A stretch of 63,775 nucleotides of DNA, filler included, from Craspedostauros australis (lineage: Eukaryota), in the NCBI GenBank assembly GCA_030167865.1. It is 10 parts of 10 records of this genome, joined end to end, with 100 filler letters (N's around TTAATTAATTAA, not from the genome) between each part and the next. Parts side by side here need not be neighbours in the genome. Positions count along the whole stretch, not along the records: positions 42,741 to 47,830 come from JALAGF010000071.1; positions 47,931 to 52,111 come from JALAGF010000072.1; positions 52,212 to 57,687 come from JALAGF010000073.1; 7 more parts are not named here. One strand, written 5' to 3'. Position numbers and translations under genes: made by a program. Positions 42,932 through 55,523 of this stretch are shown here, piece by piece (positions within the stretch are counted from its first letter, which is position 1; every line of letters starts with the position of its first letter). The notes below the pieces were generated by a model. It was not told the DNA's origin. It worked only from the letters and a program-made list of their open reading frames with translations, and searched no databases.

Positions 42932-45727
42932 TTATGGATATGATTCATCGAGACCAAGCTGTTCGTTGACACACTTCACGATCTCGTGCTCGAAAGCCGA
43001 TAGGCTTGCCGGGAGGTCATCCGTACTGCTGACGTCGCAGTAGCAGTTTTCGCTTTCGTCATCGTCGGCGGCAGCGTTGTCGCCATCGTTGTCGGCGTCC
43101 AGATTCCGGCCGCGACCTCGGACCATCGACGGCGACGTTGACGATGGCTTCGCCGGCTCTGCCATGGATGCAGATTCCAGCCTTTCGCTTCGTTCTTGGC
43201 GGATGCTCTCGCGAGCCAACGCGCGTCGTTGGCGTTGATTCTCAGCTGAATCATCCATGGCGAATGTACCCACGGACGGATTCCTGAACTTGGTATTGCT
43301 TAGGTCTTGTGTCCACCGATCCTTCTGACCCATTGCAGCCACCAGAGCGCGGTTGCGGCTCCGATTGCGACGACGATCACCCCCATCCAAAGTGTCGAAG
43401 AGCTGCACCGTGGATATGTTGCATCCTCGGCACTGGGCCTTCACGTCGTACGTGATCGTCGGCGTCGTATCCGAAGCAGACGTCAACGTAGCCTCCATGA
43501 TCGACACGAAATTCGAATCGCACACTTCGAGCGATGCGACTTCGTATGCCACGATGGCGCATTCCTCGAACGCCTCTCGCTCTTCGTCTGACAGCACGTC
43601 CACCGACCTTCCGTTGAGGAAAGAGGCGAAGACATTGTCAAGGGAGATCGTGGCATTGAATGGTGTGGGCTTGCTGGGGCAGCTCGTCTCCTGGACCTCC
43701 TGGATGATTTCGAAGGTGTTACTTGCATCTTCATCCAGCAGTGCGAGGGCTTCCGATGGCAGAGGAGCACGGTTCGCCAGATTGTTCGAGACAGGACAGT
43801 AGCATAGCTTGAACGACACACCAGATATTGGTTCCCCTGGTGGCGGCAGCGACGACGATGGCGGCGGTGGTAGCGGCAAGCCAGTGTTGAGTGATCTTTG
43901 GACAGCACTCGTCTGCCATTGGACATCGTCTTCGTCGAAGCTGTCCCAATCGATCTTGTACCGTGGGTCGCTTTCGAGATGTCGGGCATACTGGAAGGTA
44001 ATGTCATTGGAGAAGCTGAATGAGTTGGCGCAGCTGATACAAATCCCACCCAATGCGTACAGACCCGCACTGTAGCTGGGGGTTGCGTCGTAAGTGTAGG
44101 TTCGCAGATGGCGTGGTTGTTCGTGTTCCTCGAGTTGCTGCAACATGCGCTTTTGCTTGTTGGAGGCTCTGGTGGTGTTGCGCCGTTCAATGGCTGTGAG
44201 CTGGCGATGGGTCTTGTCGCAGGTATCTTGAGAGAAGTAGTTGAGCTCGTTGTAAGCGGCGATAATGTCTTGTTTCAGGTCGGCCATATCATCGGGGTCG
44301 GACACATTGACTTGATTTGTGTTGATCAAGATGGCGACGGTGCTGGTGAATGTTTCGAACAGATCCGTAGTGTTGGTGCAAGCAGGATCTTCCTGGACTT
44401 GGATGATGCTCCCGATTTCGAAAGTGGTTGGTCCCGGTCCTGGAGGTGGTGGGGGCTCCGAAAGACCGCGCAAGGCCCTCGTCTTCTCGAGTCCGGCTGC
44501 CGTGCTGGCGTCACGTTGCAATGCCCGGGATCGCCTAACTTCTGCCATCTTCTGTTCCAACACGGTGATAAACTCATCCTTGAAGTCGCCCCGACGGGGA
44601 CCACGGCAATCCTGGCATGCGCTTTCGGCTTCTGTGCCAGCATCCTCTGGTGTCACTGTCTTGCTGAGCGATTCGAGGGTTGGGTCAGCGATTGTTGTAG
44701 GAGTGGATGGTTGCACTTCGTCCGAGTTCTTCGTGGTCTTCACCGTGGCAGGTTCCAATGTGTGCTTCTTGAGCATACGGTGCGTCGCAAACGACAGACG
44801 TCCGCTTGAGTTCTTGTTGGCATCAGATATTGGCGAATGAAGATCGAGATGGTCGGCTGTACGCTCAGCAGTTGCGCCTTTCTTCTGTGGCATGTCTTTC
44901 TTTGTAGGTGCGTCTCGTGGTTCGGGGTGTTGTCCTGGATGAGCGATGGAAGGTTGGGCAGCACTGTCCGAGTTATCAGACAGGAGGACGCCACGGTCCT
45001 CGGCGGTGGCCAGGATATCAGTCAAACGAAGTGTGGCGTCGCCATCATTATTGTTGTTCCCATCAGAGATATCAGCCAACCGCCGACGAGCGTCGTTGTC
45101 GCTGTTGTCGTTGGCATCGACGTCGAAGTCGATGTCCTCAAAGAAGAGCTCGGCGCGTTCGAGGCCATCGACATTGATGGTCTTGCAGCTGTTGCATTCC
45201 AGGAGCATCTCCAGAACCAAAGTCATCTTTCGAGGCTTCTTCTGTTCCATCTTCTTCTCACCAGATGTCCCAGCAAAGCCTTTGACTTCTGTCGATACGT
45301 CGGCGACCCTGCAGTTCTTGACCAACCTCACAGATCCCTGCTGGGGACATGACGCCAAGTTGTTGTAGGCGATCTCAAAGGACTCCGACAGCATTTGCTT
45401 ATCTTCGTCGCTCAAGTCTTCTGGGACACCTTTAAGACGAACGAACGCAGCCGTTTCGAAAACCTCAGGCGTCGCCTCGCAGATCACGGAGGTGTCCGTT
45501 TCGTTGTCTTCATCCAGCACATCCCATGTGTCGCCTATGGGCTCTTCCACTGGGCCTTCGAGCACCTCCAGGGCATCCTCATCGAGGGAGGCGGACACGA
45601 AAGTAGTGCCACCCGTACCGTTGCCTGGCATAGATTGGCACAACAGGAGCAGGACCAAGACTATGGTGGTGACTACAAGTCTATGTTGCCAAAGGCCTCC
45701 TCGTTGTCGTTGGTATGTCACCCTCAT
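42932..45727 (-). CDS. Same secreted RxL-rich protein (copy B, 931 aa, complete)
   Basis: Translation identical to copy A except in one central block. Confidence 0.87.
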   Translation of the reverse strand: MRVTYQRQRGGLWQHRLVVTTIVLVLLLLCQSMPGNGTGGTTFVSASLDEDALEVLEGPVEEPIGDTWDVLDEDNETDTSVICEATPEVFETAAFVRLKGVPEDLSDEDKQMLSESFEIAYNNLASCPQQGSVRLVKNCRVADVSTEVKGFAGTSGEKKMEQKKPRKMTLVLEMLLECNSCKTINVDGLERAELFFEDIDFDVDANDNSDNDARRRLADISDGNNNNDGDATLRLTDILATAEDRGVLLSDNSDSAAQPSIAHPGQHPEPRDAPTKKDMPQKKGATAERTADHLDLHSPISDANKNSSGRLSFATHRMLKKHTLEPATVKTTKNSDEVQPSTPTTIADPTLESLSKTVTPEDAGTEAESACQDCRGPRRGDFKDEFITVLEQKMAEVRRSRALQRDASTAAGLEKTRALRGLSEPPPPPGPGPTTFEIGSIIQVQEDPACTNTTDLFETFTSTVAILINTNQVNVSDPDDMADLKQDIIAAYNELNYFSQDTCDKTHRQLTAIERRNTTRASNKQKRMLQQLEEHEQPRHLRTYTYDATPSYSAGLYALGGICISCANSFSFSNDITFQYARHLESDPRYKIDWDSFDEDDVQWQTSAVQRSLNTGLPLPPPPSSSLPPPGEPISGVSFKLCYCPVSNNLANRAPLPSEALALLDEDASNTFEIIQEVQETSCPSKPTPFNATISLDNVFASFLNGRSVDVLSDEEREAFEECAIVAYEVASLEVCDSNFVSIMEATLTSASDTTPTITYDVKAQCRGCNISTVQLFDTLDGGDRRRNRSRNRALVAAMGQKDRWTQDLSNTKFRNPSVGTFAMDDSAENQRQRRALARESIRQERSERLESASMAEPAKPSSTSPSMVRGRGRNLDADNDGDNAAADDDESENCYCDVSSTDDLPASLSAFEHEIVKCVNEQLGLDESYP

Positions 45728-47930
45728 AGTTGCTGTAGGCTACTGATGGTTGCTGATGGTGAAATGTGTTGCGGTTGGTTGAGTGTTGTATTATGTGATT
45801 TGATGGTATTCGCAGAATGCAAGATGTGGCTACTTGTGGCGATTGCGTGTCGGCCACCTCTTTCTCTTTGAGTTCCTCGCTGTCTTGTTATTATGAGTTA
45901 CTTGTGTTCGGATGGGGAGGTCCTTTGGGAGGTGCCGCCCTGTCTTCCTCGTCTTCTTTGCACCGCCTCACTTTTTGTTCATCGCAACAAGTATCAGCCC
46001 AAGCATGCATCATGGTGTGCACAGTATACATGAGATGGATTGCCTTCGCGATAGTGCCGACAACGAGAACGACGGCGACTTCACTCGTCTGCTCTCTCCA
46101 GACAAGCGACCCAGAGATCGTGCACAAGTGTTCGTGGAGGGATACGGAAACCGGGAGCGGGGCTGTTGCATGGTGGTAGAGCAGAACAAGAAGCAAGAAA
46201 GACGACAGCCCATGAATCGGTACTTTCGAGTATGCTCCGATACCCAAAGCAGACAAACGCCCCGTTTTTTCTGTTGTCTTGTCCCTCTTGTTGCGCTCGC
46301 ACAAACTCTCTACGGCAACTCTTGACGAGAAAAGGTGACATTTGCAGAGTGTGCCACTTTTTGCGATGCGGCCCAAGCAGACTCGGAGGGTATCAAAGCC
46401 AGCCGACCTCAACGTTTCGTCTCAGAGAAGGCGACTGAGCATTCGCGTCAAAGGTGTTGCAGAGATAAAAAAGTGGGCTCAAATGTTTCAGCACAGCTAA
46501 GAAAAGGTGACACACGCAGGCAACTTGATCGTGCAGCGAATACATCGAATCACGAAGACATCGGTCTTGGGCAATACCAATACATCACGAATCGTGCATT
46601 CTCCGATCACGAGAGGGGCGAATGGAGCGGGGACGTCTTGGATGCGGGTGCAACTTGGAGAGCTCTTGCCCACAAACTGGGACGAAACGGATGGACGTCG
46701 AGCGCGCGTGGTCCGAGCACAGCATCGAACTCTCTCTTCCGTACAACAACTCTTGTGCAATCGCGTGTGCAGGTGTGAAGGTTGATGTGGTCTCTGCCAT
46801 GCTCATCCTCGCACGAGCGGGAACCGCACCAGCAAGGAGAATGTGCGAGATTGTGGATGAGCGTCTTATCTGGCGATGTTGGACCGACGCAACCTCCTCG
46901 GTCCAATGTCTTTGATGTCGCTTTTTGTGCCCTTCGGCGTCAAGAGCGGTGAACATTGGGCATGATCTGCCTCGTGCACGTATCTCTCATGCTCGCATGT
47001 AACTCCAGAGATCCCAAGGGAGTTGCTCTCTCTCTCTCTCTCTCTGTCTGTCTACAGGTGACTCCAGGTCGCACCACGAGGCCCCCACGTCACCTCTGAT
47101 TGCGATTTGTTTGGGAAGTGAGGGGGAATGCAACTCGGAGAAGTGATCATCCCACAGGGGCAGACGCACCATTCCACGCAAACCTTGCAGCGCGCCTCCA
47201 GGGTCGCGACTGATCATTGAACAACTGTCCTGTAGTCGTGCAGAGCAGATCGTTCTTTGCACCACGCCAAGCAAGCTTGAACCTGTCCTGACATCACGAT
47301 GAACTCGTGCGTCGGCACTCTTTCTCAGTTCTTTCCATGTCTATCTCCACAGAATAAGTATTCGCAGAACAGAGGAGACAAGAACAGAAACAGAGGAGAT
47401 AGTGCGTGTCTGTGGAAGTCCGCGCGTCAGCAGTCTTGGATCAGCATGATCTTGTGCGGCCGATGGCGTGTCGCGTCTCGAATGTGCGATTGACAATGGG
47501 AAGCCTCACGAACCTGTCTCGAGAGTATCCTTTCTTGACAACAACACATGCTTCGATAGGACGGTACAGCAACAGTAGTACCCTCGAAAGCACTCGGCTC
47601 TGTTCTGCCATTCACTATGACTCCACTCTCCAGTTTCAAAAGTATACATTGTTATTGTGCATGTAATTGTGTGTAGAATAGGCAGGCCATGCCATTGTCT
47701 AGTATGCTCTCCGCGTGTTCAATGTGTGAATGGACGATTCAACTCACTGCAGGGCTCACTGTTGACCGTTGACCAGGTCCCGCCACTCCTCCCTGTTCAG
47801 TCGATCCAGCTTGTTAATCTCATGCTTCAGNNNNNNNNNNNNNNNNNNNNNNNNNNNNNNNNNNNNNNNNNNNNTTAATTAATTAANNNNNNNNNNNNNN
47901 NNNNNNNNNNNNNNNNNNNNNNNNNNNNNN

Positions 47931-49990
47931 ATCGCTTCGTTTCCAACAACGACATCGATGAGATGCTGCACACGTGCGAGCAGGAAGGTCTCGTGGAGAT
48001 GTCGATGGGATTCAAGCGTGCGTCCAGCCACCCTCCGACTACGTCAGACAAACTCCCAAGCAGAACGCTCAGTGGGATCAAGGGGCACAAGAAGAGGAAG
48101 AAGNCCAAATCNTCCACCATCTACAATTTCAGCCACGACAAGGTCCAGGAAGCGGCACTGGCCATGCTGGATCAAGAGCAGCTGTCCGAGCTGAAGTACC
48201 GAGTTGGCGAAATTCTGCTTTTCGGTCTTCCCGATGACGAGCTCACCGAGCGCATCTTCATGGTCGCCAATCTCGTCAACACGAGGTTCGACCTCATCCC
48301 TGATACCAACAAGAGCGAACGTGGCAAGCGTGTCATGATGCTGAACTTCGATGCCGGAAGCAAGGCGGTGGGCTGCTCTTCGTTCCACTTGGCATCTCGG
48401 TACTTCAGGAACGCCATCAATCTGCTTCCCAACGGTCATTGGGAGACGATGCAGGAAGAGACGCTTGAGATCTACTCAGCCGCGGCCGAATGCGCATACG
48501 TCACGTCAAATCTTGACCGTGCCCGCCGATATTGCAACGAGATCATTGAATCCAAGTGTGACATCCTGGACAAGGTCGCTGCGTATCACACTCTCATCGA
48601 CGTGGCAGTCGCCGAGGTGCAGAAAGACATTAGTGGATCCACAGCGATTCAGCTCTGCGTGCATCTTCTGGCTCAGCTTGAATGCAAACTTCCAAAGCCC
48701 GGTATCAGACGGACACTGAGCACCACCTTTGGTCTCCTGAAGCTTCAGCGCGCAGCTCGCATGTTGACACAAGACATGATCAATGATCTTCCTTTGGTCA
48801 CCGAGAGGAAAGACGATGCCATAATGAAGACGTTGGGAAAACTGCTTGCAGTGTGCTACTCCCATGATCCCGAAATGTCGCCCGTCGTGGCGCTCCGCAT
48901 GATGCACGCGACATTCAAGAACGGGATTTCCGAGATCTCTCCCGTCGCCTTTGTTTCGCTAGGGATTATCGCAGGTATGGCCTTCGGGGACGGCGAGACA
49001 AGAGGTATATTCGGTCGATCAGCATTAGGCATACTAGCAAGGATGGATCAGCCAGCCACAGCAGCAAACATCATTTTCCAGTACCATGCATTGATACTGC
49101 ACTGGAGCCGGCCGATCGAAGAGCTCAAAGAGCCATCATTGGAGACATATCGACAGGGGATGTCTGTAGGAGACGTGGAAACTGCTGGGTGGAGCATCAC
49201 TACATACATATGGTTGTGCTTTTCCACCGGAGATTCGTTGCAACAAGTCGACGCAGACTATGCAACGTACTCGAAAATCCTGACGGATTTCAATCAGAAT
49301 GCGCAGGTGAAGTTCTTCCAATGCTGGTGGCAGGCTGTGCTTAACTTGCGAGGGGCTTCCAGCCACCGCATCTTGCTCATCGGCGATGCATTCGACGAGC
49401 GCGATAACACGAATAGCGACGGCAACGCCGTCAGTGCCATGCACAAACGAGGTGTCAATATCTCCAAAACTACGCTGTGCGGATTCTTTGGAGAATACGA
49501 AGAGGGAGCAAAGCTGTCCGCTCACAGCGTCGATCAGACCATCGCCGATTACCCAAGTTCGCCCTCCATATCATCGATACTGTTCCGAACAGCGTTCTGC
49601 TGCTTTGCTGCCTCGCATTCAGCGACCGCAGATCCCAAGTACCGGAAGATCGGCAAACGGTGCCTCAAGAAACTCAAGGGTTGGAGCAAGCGTGGGCATC
49701 CCAACTGCCATCACTACATCATGATCCTCGGCGCAGAACGACAGTTCTTGCGTGGCAACCACGACGGCGCCACCAACTTGTACATGAAAGCTATCGACAG
49801 CGCTGGCGGACGTGGATTCATCCAAGATCAAGCGTTGGCAAATGAACGACTCGGAGATTGTGGTATGAAATGCGGGAAGAGCGAGGACGCGAGATGTCGA
49901 TACGAGGAGTCGAAGCGGCTCTACGCTCTGTGGGGAGCAACGAGGAAGGTGGATGATCTCCAATCAAAGATGCAACGCATCTTCGGATAG
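47931..49990 (+). CDS. C-terminal half of STAND/AAA_16-type ATPase with TPR-like helical region (variant A)
   Basis: YNFSHDKVQEAAL, NFDAGSKA, GFIQDQALANERLG and YALWGATRKV, typical of the region after the ATPase in HstK-like proteins; 5'-truncated. Confidence 0.87.
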
Positions 49991-50988
49991 GTTTGCTGTG
50001 ACGAGGAGGCTACGGGCAATTGCCAAATGTAAATAGAAGTTCGGCAGAGTTAAGTTGAGTGGAGTAGTGGTAGAGTAGAGTGGAGTGGAGTGGAGTGGAG
50101 TACTTTGTTGTACGACGTGACAGCGGCTGAGATGCGTGAGGACAAAACACGCACACATTCATCCAGACAGATACAGATATGCAAACAAACAGACACATCG
50201 ACATACATACACCGTTGATTCAAAGTGACACACAGCCAATCGTGAAAATCATCTCCAATGAAAGAAGTCTGGCGAATTCATGATCTCTTGTTCGTCACAA
50301 TTTTATCACCAACAACGTCGAGAAGCGGATGATAAAATCGACAGTGGGCACAGAGGCAATCCTACTTGTGCGTACGACTACCGGTACGACCGTGCGAAGT
50401 TCAAATGTGTTATGACTTCGACGAGGAACGCAACGAACAGTTTATCTATGATCCTTCGCAGAAGTGGATGGACAAGGGAACAACCGCGCCCTGGCCCCAC
50501 ACCGCCAGCGAGAAAAGGAGGATCGGACCCGCATCATTCTCGTTCAGCATGAATGTGAATGACTGGTAGCTCTTGTTTATGGCCAGGTTGGTCCTTAACC
50601 TTGTAGTTGGCCGGTCACAACCCAGAACGCCCCGGCGGTTCCGCACCTCGTTTTGTTTGCACGATCAACATGGCAAACGTTCGCGAAACAATCGCAAGAA
50701 GGAGATTTCTGGACGCGGGTGCTGTCATGCATGCGGATATATATTAACTTCGGGAGAGTGTTTCGGCACTGTGGCGGTGATGGAGTTGGCATTGGACTGC
50801 GAAAGTGTCGAAGAGAGGAAGCGCAAACAACAATCACCCCAAACACAGAGCACATTACGTCACCACACCACCACGCCTCCGAATAGGACCTGCGAGTACA
50901 ACCTACAGAAGAGATCTATGGGGAGATCTGGGACCATATTTTCTCATCAATCATCTCGGATTGTTGCAATAACCCAAGGACGTGCAAC

Positions 50989-52111
50989 ATGACCTCCGTC
51001 CACGACATGAAGCCACACACTGCCACCGTTGGAGCCATCGCCAGCACCCTGAGCCATCAGGGCGCGGCCTCGAGCAACGCCAACCATCAAGCCGACCTCA
51101 TGAACAAGTTGCCGCCCCCAATTGCGCTGACCTCGGATGAGACAAGCATGAGCGATGGTAGTTCCACAATCTACACTGAGATCGATGGGCATTATGACAA
51201 CTTGCCGTTTCACAGCGTCGGGTTGATCGGAAGAGACCAGGAGCTCCGGTTGCTCCGCAAGGCATTCCACTCAACATGTCTGCACGAGAAAGACGGGTTC
51301 CAATCCACCATCAATAATGGTGGCGTGCATGCCTCCTCCAGTACCAGTCAACGCTCAGCGATAGCATCCTCCATGATGATCTCAACCTCGAAAAGGACCC
51401 TCGTTCTCATCTCCGGACATTCGGGAAGCGGGAAGACTGCCCTGGCCATGCAGGTCAAGCGATTTGCATCTGCTCAAGGCAATGACACCCACGACGACAA
51501 CCGCCAGCATCGCCCCTTCCACGGATTCTTCGTCTCTGGGAAATGTGAGATCTCCAAAATGAACGCGGAACAACCATACGCCGGTATCAAATCAGCATTG
51601 GCGGATCTCTGCAACCAGATCCTTTGCCTGCCGAGAGACGAACATGACCTCGACCACGCTGTGGAAATCACAGTGCCATTGATGAAGTCTGTTGGAGAAT
51701 CCACATCATCGGAAACAGCCACAGGCTCTACGGCGGCCACCTCATCCTCGTCGAACTCATCATCGTCAATGGGCGAAGCAGATACAGATGCAGATGGGGA
51801 TGTTGGCACACCTCAGAAGCGCATGCCGCACCAAACATCTTCAACCACGACTCCGGAGTACTCCTCTGCTTCCGACACGGCCGCCGGTGGTGGCAATCAT
51901 GACGATGGCGATGACCACCGTCGTCTGTCCATCCTACGAAAGCTCCTCAAGAGAGGACTGACGAGAAGTGAGATACAGGTACTCTCTAATGTCATCCCGG
52001 AGCTACCTCAAGCCGTCTATGGGAAGGAGTACATCAACCTGGTTGTTGGTAACGGTCTACAAGGCAACACGGAGGGTAAGGGCGCCAGCGACGAGGCTTC
52101 CGTCATGAGCG
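50989..52111 (+). CDS. N-terminal part of STAND/AAA_16-type ATPase (3'-truncated)
   Basis: LIGRDQELRLL, Walker A LISGHSGSGKTALA, FVSGKC and QPYAGI. Confidence 0.87.
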
Positions 52112-52211
52112 NNNNNNNNNNNNNNNNNNNNNNNNNNNNNNNNNNNNNNNNNNNNTTAATTAATTAANNNNNNNNNNNNNNNNNNNNNNNNNNNNNNNNN
52201 NNNNNNNNNNN

Positions 52212-54271
52212 ATCGCTTCGTTTCCAACAACGACATCGATGAGATGCTGCACACGTGCGAGCAGGAAGGTCTCGTGGAGATGTCGATGGGATTCAAGCGT
52301 GCGTCCAGCCACCCTCCGACTACGTCAGACAAACTCCCAAGCAGAACGCTCAGTGGGATCAAGGGGCACAAGAAGAGGAAGAAGACCAAATCATCCACCA
52401 TCTACAATTTCAGCCACGACAAGGTCCAGGAAGCGGCACTGGCCATGCTGGATCAAGAGCAGCTGTCCGAGCTGAAGTACCGAGTTGGCGAAATTCTGCT
52501 TTTCGGTCTTCCCGATGACGAGCTCACCGAGCGCATCTTCATGGTCGCCAATCTCGTCAACACGAGGTTCGACCTCATCCCTGATACCAACAAGAGCGAA
52601 CGTGGCAAGCGTGTCATGATGCTGAACTTCGATGCCGGAAGCAAGGCGGTGGGTTGCTCTTCGTTCCACTTGGCATCTCGGTACTTCAGGAACGCCATCA
52701 ATCTGCTTCCCAACGGTCATTGGGAGACGATGCAAGAAGAGACGCTTGAGATCTACTCAGCCGCGGCCGAATGCGCGTACGTCACGTCAAATCTCGACCG
52801 CGCCCGCCGATACTGCAACGAGATCATTGAATCCAAGTGTGACATCCTGGACAAGGTCGATGCGTATCACACTCTCATCGACGCGGGAGTAGCAGAATTG
52901 CGGAACGATGGGAATGAATCCACAGCTCTTCGGTTGTGCTTGGATGTCCTGTCGCAACTAGGCTGCCAACTTCCAAAGCCCGGTATCAGACGGACACTGA
53001 GCACCATCTTTGGTCTTCTGAAGCTCAAGCGAACTGTTCACACCTTGACGACAGAATCGATCGATGACCTTCCTCTGATGACCAACAGGAAGGAGGATGC
53101 AATCATGCAGATGCTGCAAAAGCTGATCATCGTAGCATATTTTGCTGATGCGAAATCCATCCCGTGCATTTCGCTAGCAAGCATGAAGCGGACGATCAAA
53201 CATGGCGTGTCTGAGCATTCTGCTATGGCTTTTGTCTACCTAGGCTTAACCATGGGGGCCTTCATGGGCGACTTTCATGCCCGAGAAGTTTTTGGACAAG
53301 CAGCTTTCGACATCTTGGAAAGGGTGAACGAGCCAGCTTCAGCAGCGACCGCAGTTTTTCAGTGCTGGGCACTGGTTCGGCATTGGAAGCGACCGATTGA
53401 ACAGCTCAAAGAGCCATTGATGGAGGCCTATCACATGGGAATGTCGGTCGGTAATGTATACGCAGGATCCTGGAGCATCGCCATCTACTCTTTGGTCAAC
53501 ATCATCATCGGAACCCCGTTGTCAAAGATCGATGCGGACTGCGCCACGTATTCAAAAGTTCTGCTCGATTTCGACCAGAATGCGCAGTATGCCTTCTTCG
53601 CCACGATGTGGCAGGTCGTGCTCAACCTGCGCGGAGCCTCTAAACATCGCATCTTGCTCATTGGTGATGCATTCGACGAGAGAAGCGATTTAAATGATGG
53701 TGACAGCACGATCAATGCTGTTCACAAGAGATCAGTGCAAATGGCCAAGCTACAGTTATGCGTCTACTTCGAAGACTATGGACAGGGTGCAAGCCTTGCC
53801 ATCGGCCTCGTTGACCACGTAATGCGCGATTTTCCCGGCTCGCCTTCTTTGCCTCCGGCATTATTCCGAATGGCCCTTTGCTGCCGAGCGGCATCGCATT
53901 CGAAGACCGCAAGTCGCAAGTACAAGAAGATCGCTGTTCGTTGCGTGAAAGACCTCAAGGCTTGGAGCAAGCAAGGTCATCCAAACGGCCATCACTACAT
54001 CATGATCCTCGACGCAGAACGTCACTTCCTGCGCGGAAATCACGATTTCGCCACCAAGATGTATCTGAAGGCTATCGAGAGTTCTGCCGCTCGCGGGTTC
54101 ATCCAAGACCAAGCGTTGGCAAATGAACGGCTCGGAGACTGTGGCATGAAATGCGGGAGGAGAGAGGATGCAAGATCCCGATACGAGGAATCAGAGCGAT
54201 TGTATACCCTGTGGGGAGCAACCAGAAAGGTGGAAGATCTTCAATTGAAGATCCAAGGTATCTTCGGATAG
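52212..54271 (+). CDS. C-terminal half of STAND/AAA_16-type ATPase with TPR-like region (variant B)
   Basis: Same motifs as variant A; first about 205 aa essentially identical, remainder diverged. Confidence 0.87.
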
Positions 54272-55219
54272 CTTCCGACTGTCCAAGACGCACTGAGTTG
54301 TATGGAGGACGGAAGATGGAAAACCGTCTGATAATTCATACAACATACCGCAAAACAACACATAACAATCTTCCGTTTGCACGGGATGATCCCCGAATGG
54401 GATAACTTCGTAATACTATGAGCTAGCGAGTGCTTGTGACCTCTACCCTTGATCTCGTTCGCGCATCTGCTTACACGCCTTTTCGCGAATTTCTCAGATC
54501 GCGTGGAAATATTCCTATTCGTACTTTCAGCATAGTACTCCAATACCTGTTCGTGGGCAGCATGGCGGATAGCGTCTGCACAATCTACATAGAAGACTTA
54601 GTCTGGCATCGACTCATTGGATTGCACAAATGAAACGAACACCGTGTTGCCGGTCAGACGATACATCGTCTCCCCTGTTGATGGATCAGCCACGATGGGT
54701 GGTTTCTGACAGATTGCCATCACGCCACCACCACACAAATACCGCCAATCAGTTCCTCATGTTTGGGCCTTTTGTTCCTCTCGAGTGGCATTGACATTTA
54801 TTTGCAAATCAGACGTGTGTGAGTGCATACGCTTGTTGGACGTGTACGGATATTTTGGGGCTGTAAAGTAGTCGTCAATATCGGATCATGCCCTTGTGAT
54901 ACAATCACACCGCACAGCGCCAATCAAGACCAACAAAGAAAGGCGAGTAGTCGCGGGTGACATCATCATCCTCACAAAGTCGAATTGCTTCCAGTCCTCT
55001 CCCAAAACTTACACTTTCTCCGCGGAACAGTTTCGTGCGCTGGTGTGGGTCAGCACCATCGAATCCGTCCATAGGTTGAACCGGATCCTCGAGACACATC
55101 TTTCAACAACAAGGCCTCTCTTCTTTTCTCTGCAACACCACAAGCACTTGACCTCGATGCCAAGATTCCAACCAGAAGAGGCGCAAAAATCGACCAGGAC
55201 ATCAACGTACCACATGATC

Positions 55220-55445
55220 ATTGTACCATAGCATCGCTGCACCTCGGCATCACTGTTTTCACGGCACATTGTTTCACGGCACATTGTACCACGGCACCAT
55301 TGTACCACGGCGCATTGTTTCACGGCGCATTGTACCACGGCGCATTGTACCACGGCGCATTGTTTCACGACACATTGTACCAAGGCATCAGTGTACCAAG
55401 GCATCACTGTTTCACGGCATCATTTCACCACGGCATCACGGCAGC
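55220..55445. repeat. 15-bp minisatellite CACGGC(A/G)CATTGT(AC/TT)
   Basis: About eight well-conserved units plus degenerate flanking units. Confidence 0.9.
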
Positions 55446-55523
55446 ACAGCATCATATAATACAAGCAAGCAAGGCAACCAAGGACTCGGTCAACCCCTTC
55501 TGCGAAACTCATCGACGAAGAAC

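Larger units (their letters stand above)
37548..47830. repeat. Two near-identical contigs (37548-42640 and 42741-47830), probably haplotigs or an assembly bubble
   Basis: Same first and last bases; offset changes from 5193 to 5190; ORF translations outside the central block are identical. Confidence 0.93.

Noticed and set aside
37548..47830. A true 5-kb tandem duplication
   Set aside because: The copies are separate contigs with identical endpoints, which fits haplotigs or a bubble; physical tandem arrangement is not shown.
50366..50569. Protein-like short ORF (CYDFDEERNEQFIYDPSQKW) in the STAND spacer
   Set aside because: 67 codons, non-ATG start, no counterpart in the other spacer; cannot be supported without a search.
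55220..55445. Pentapeptide-repeat ORFs (HGALY/HGALF, RRIVP, CAVVQ)
   Set aside because: Translations of a 15-bp minisatellite; similarity to the paralog begins only near ATG 55524.
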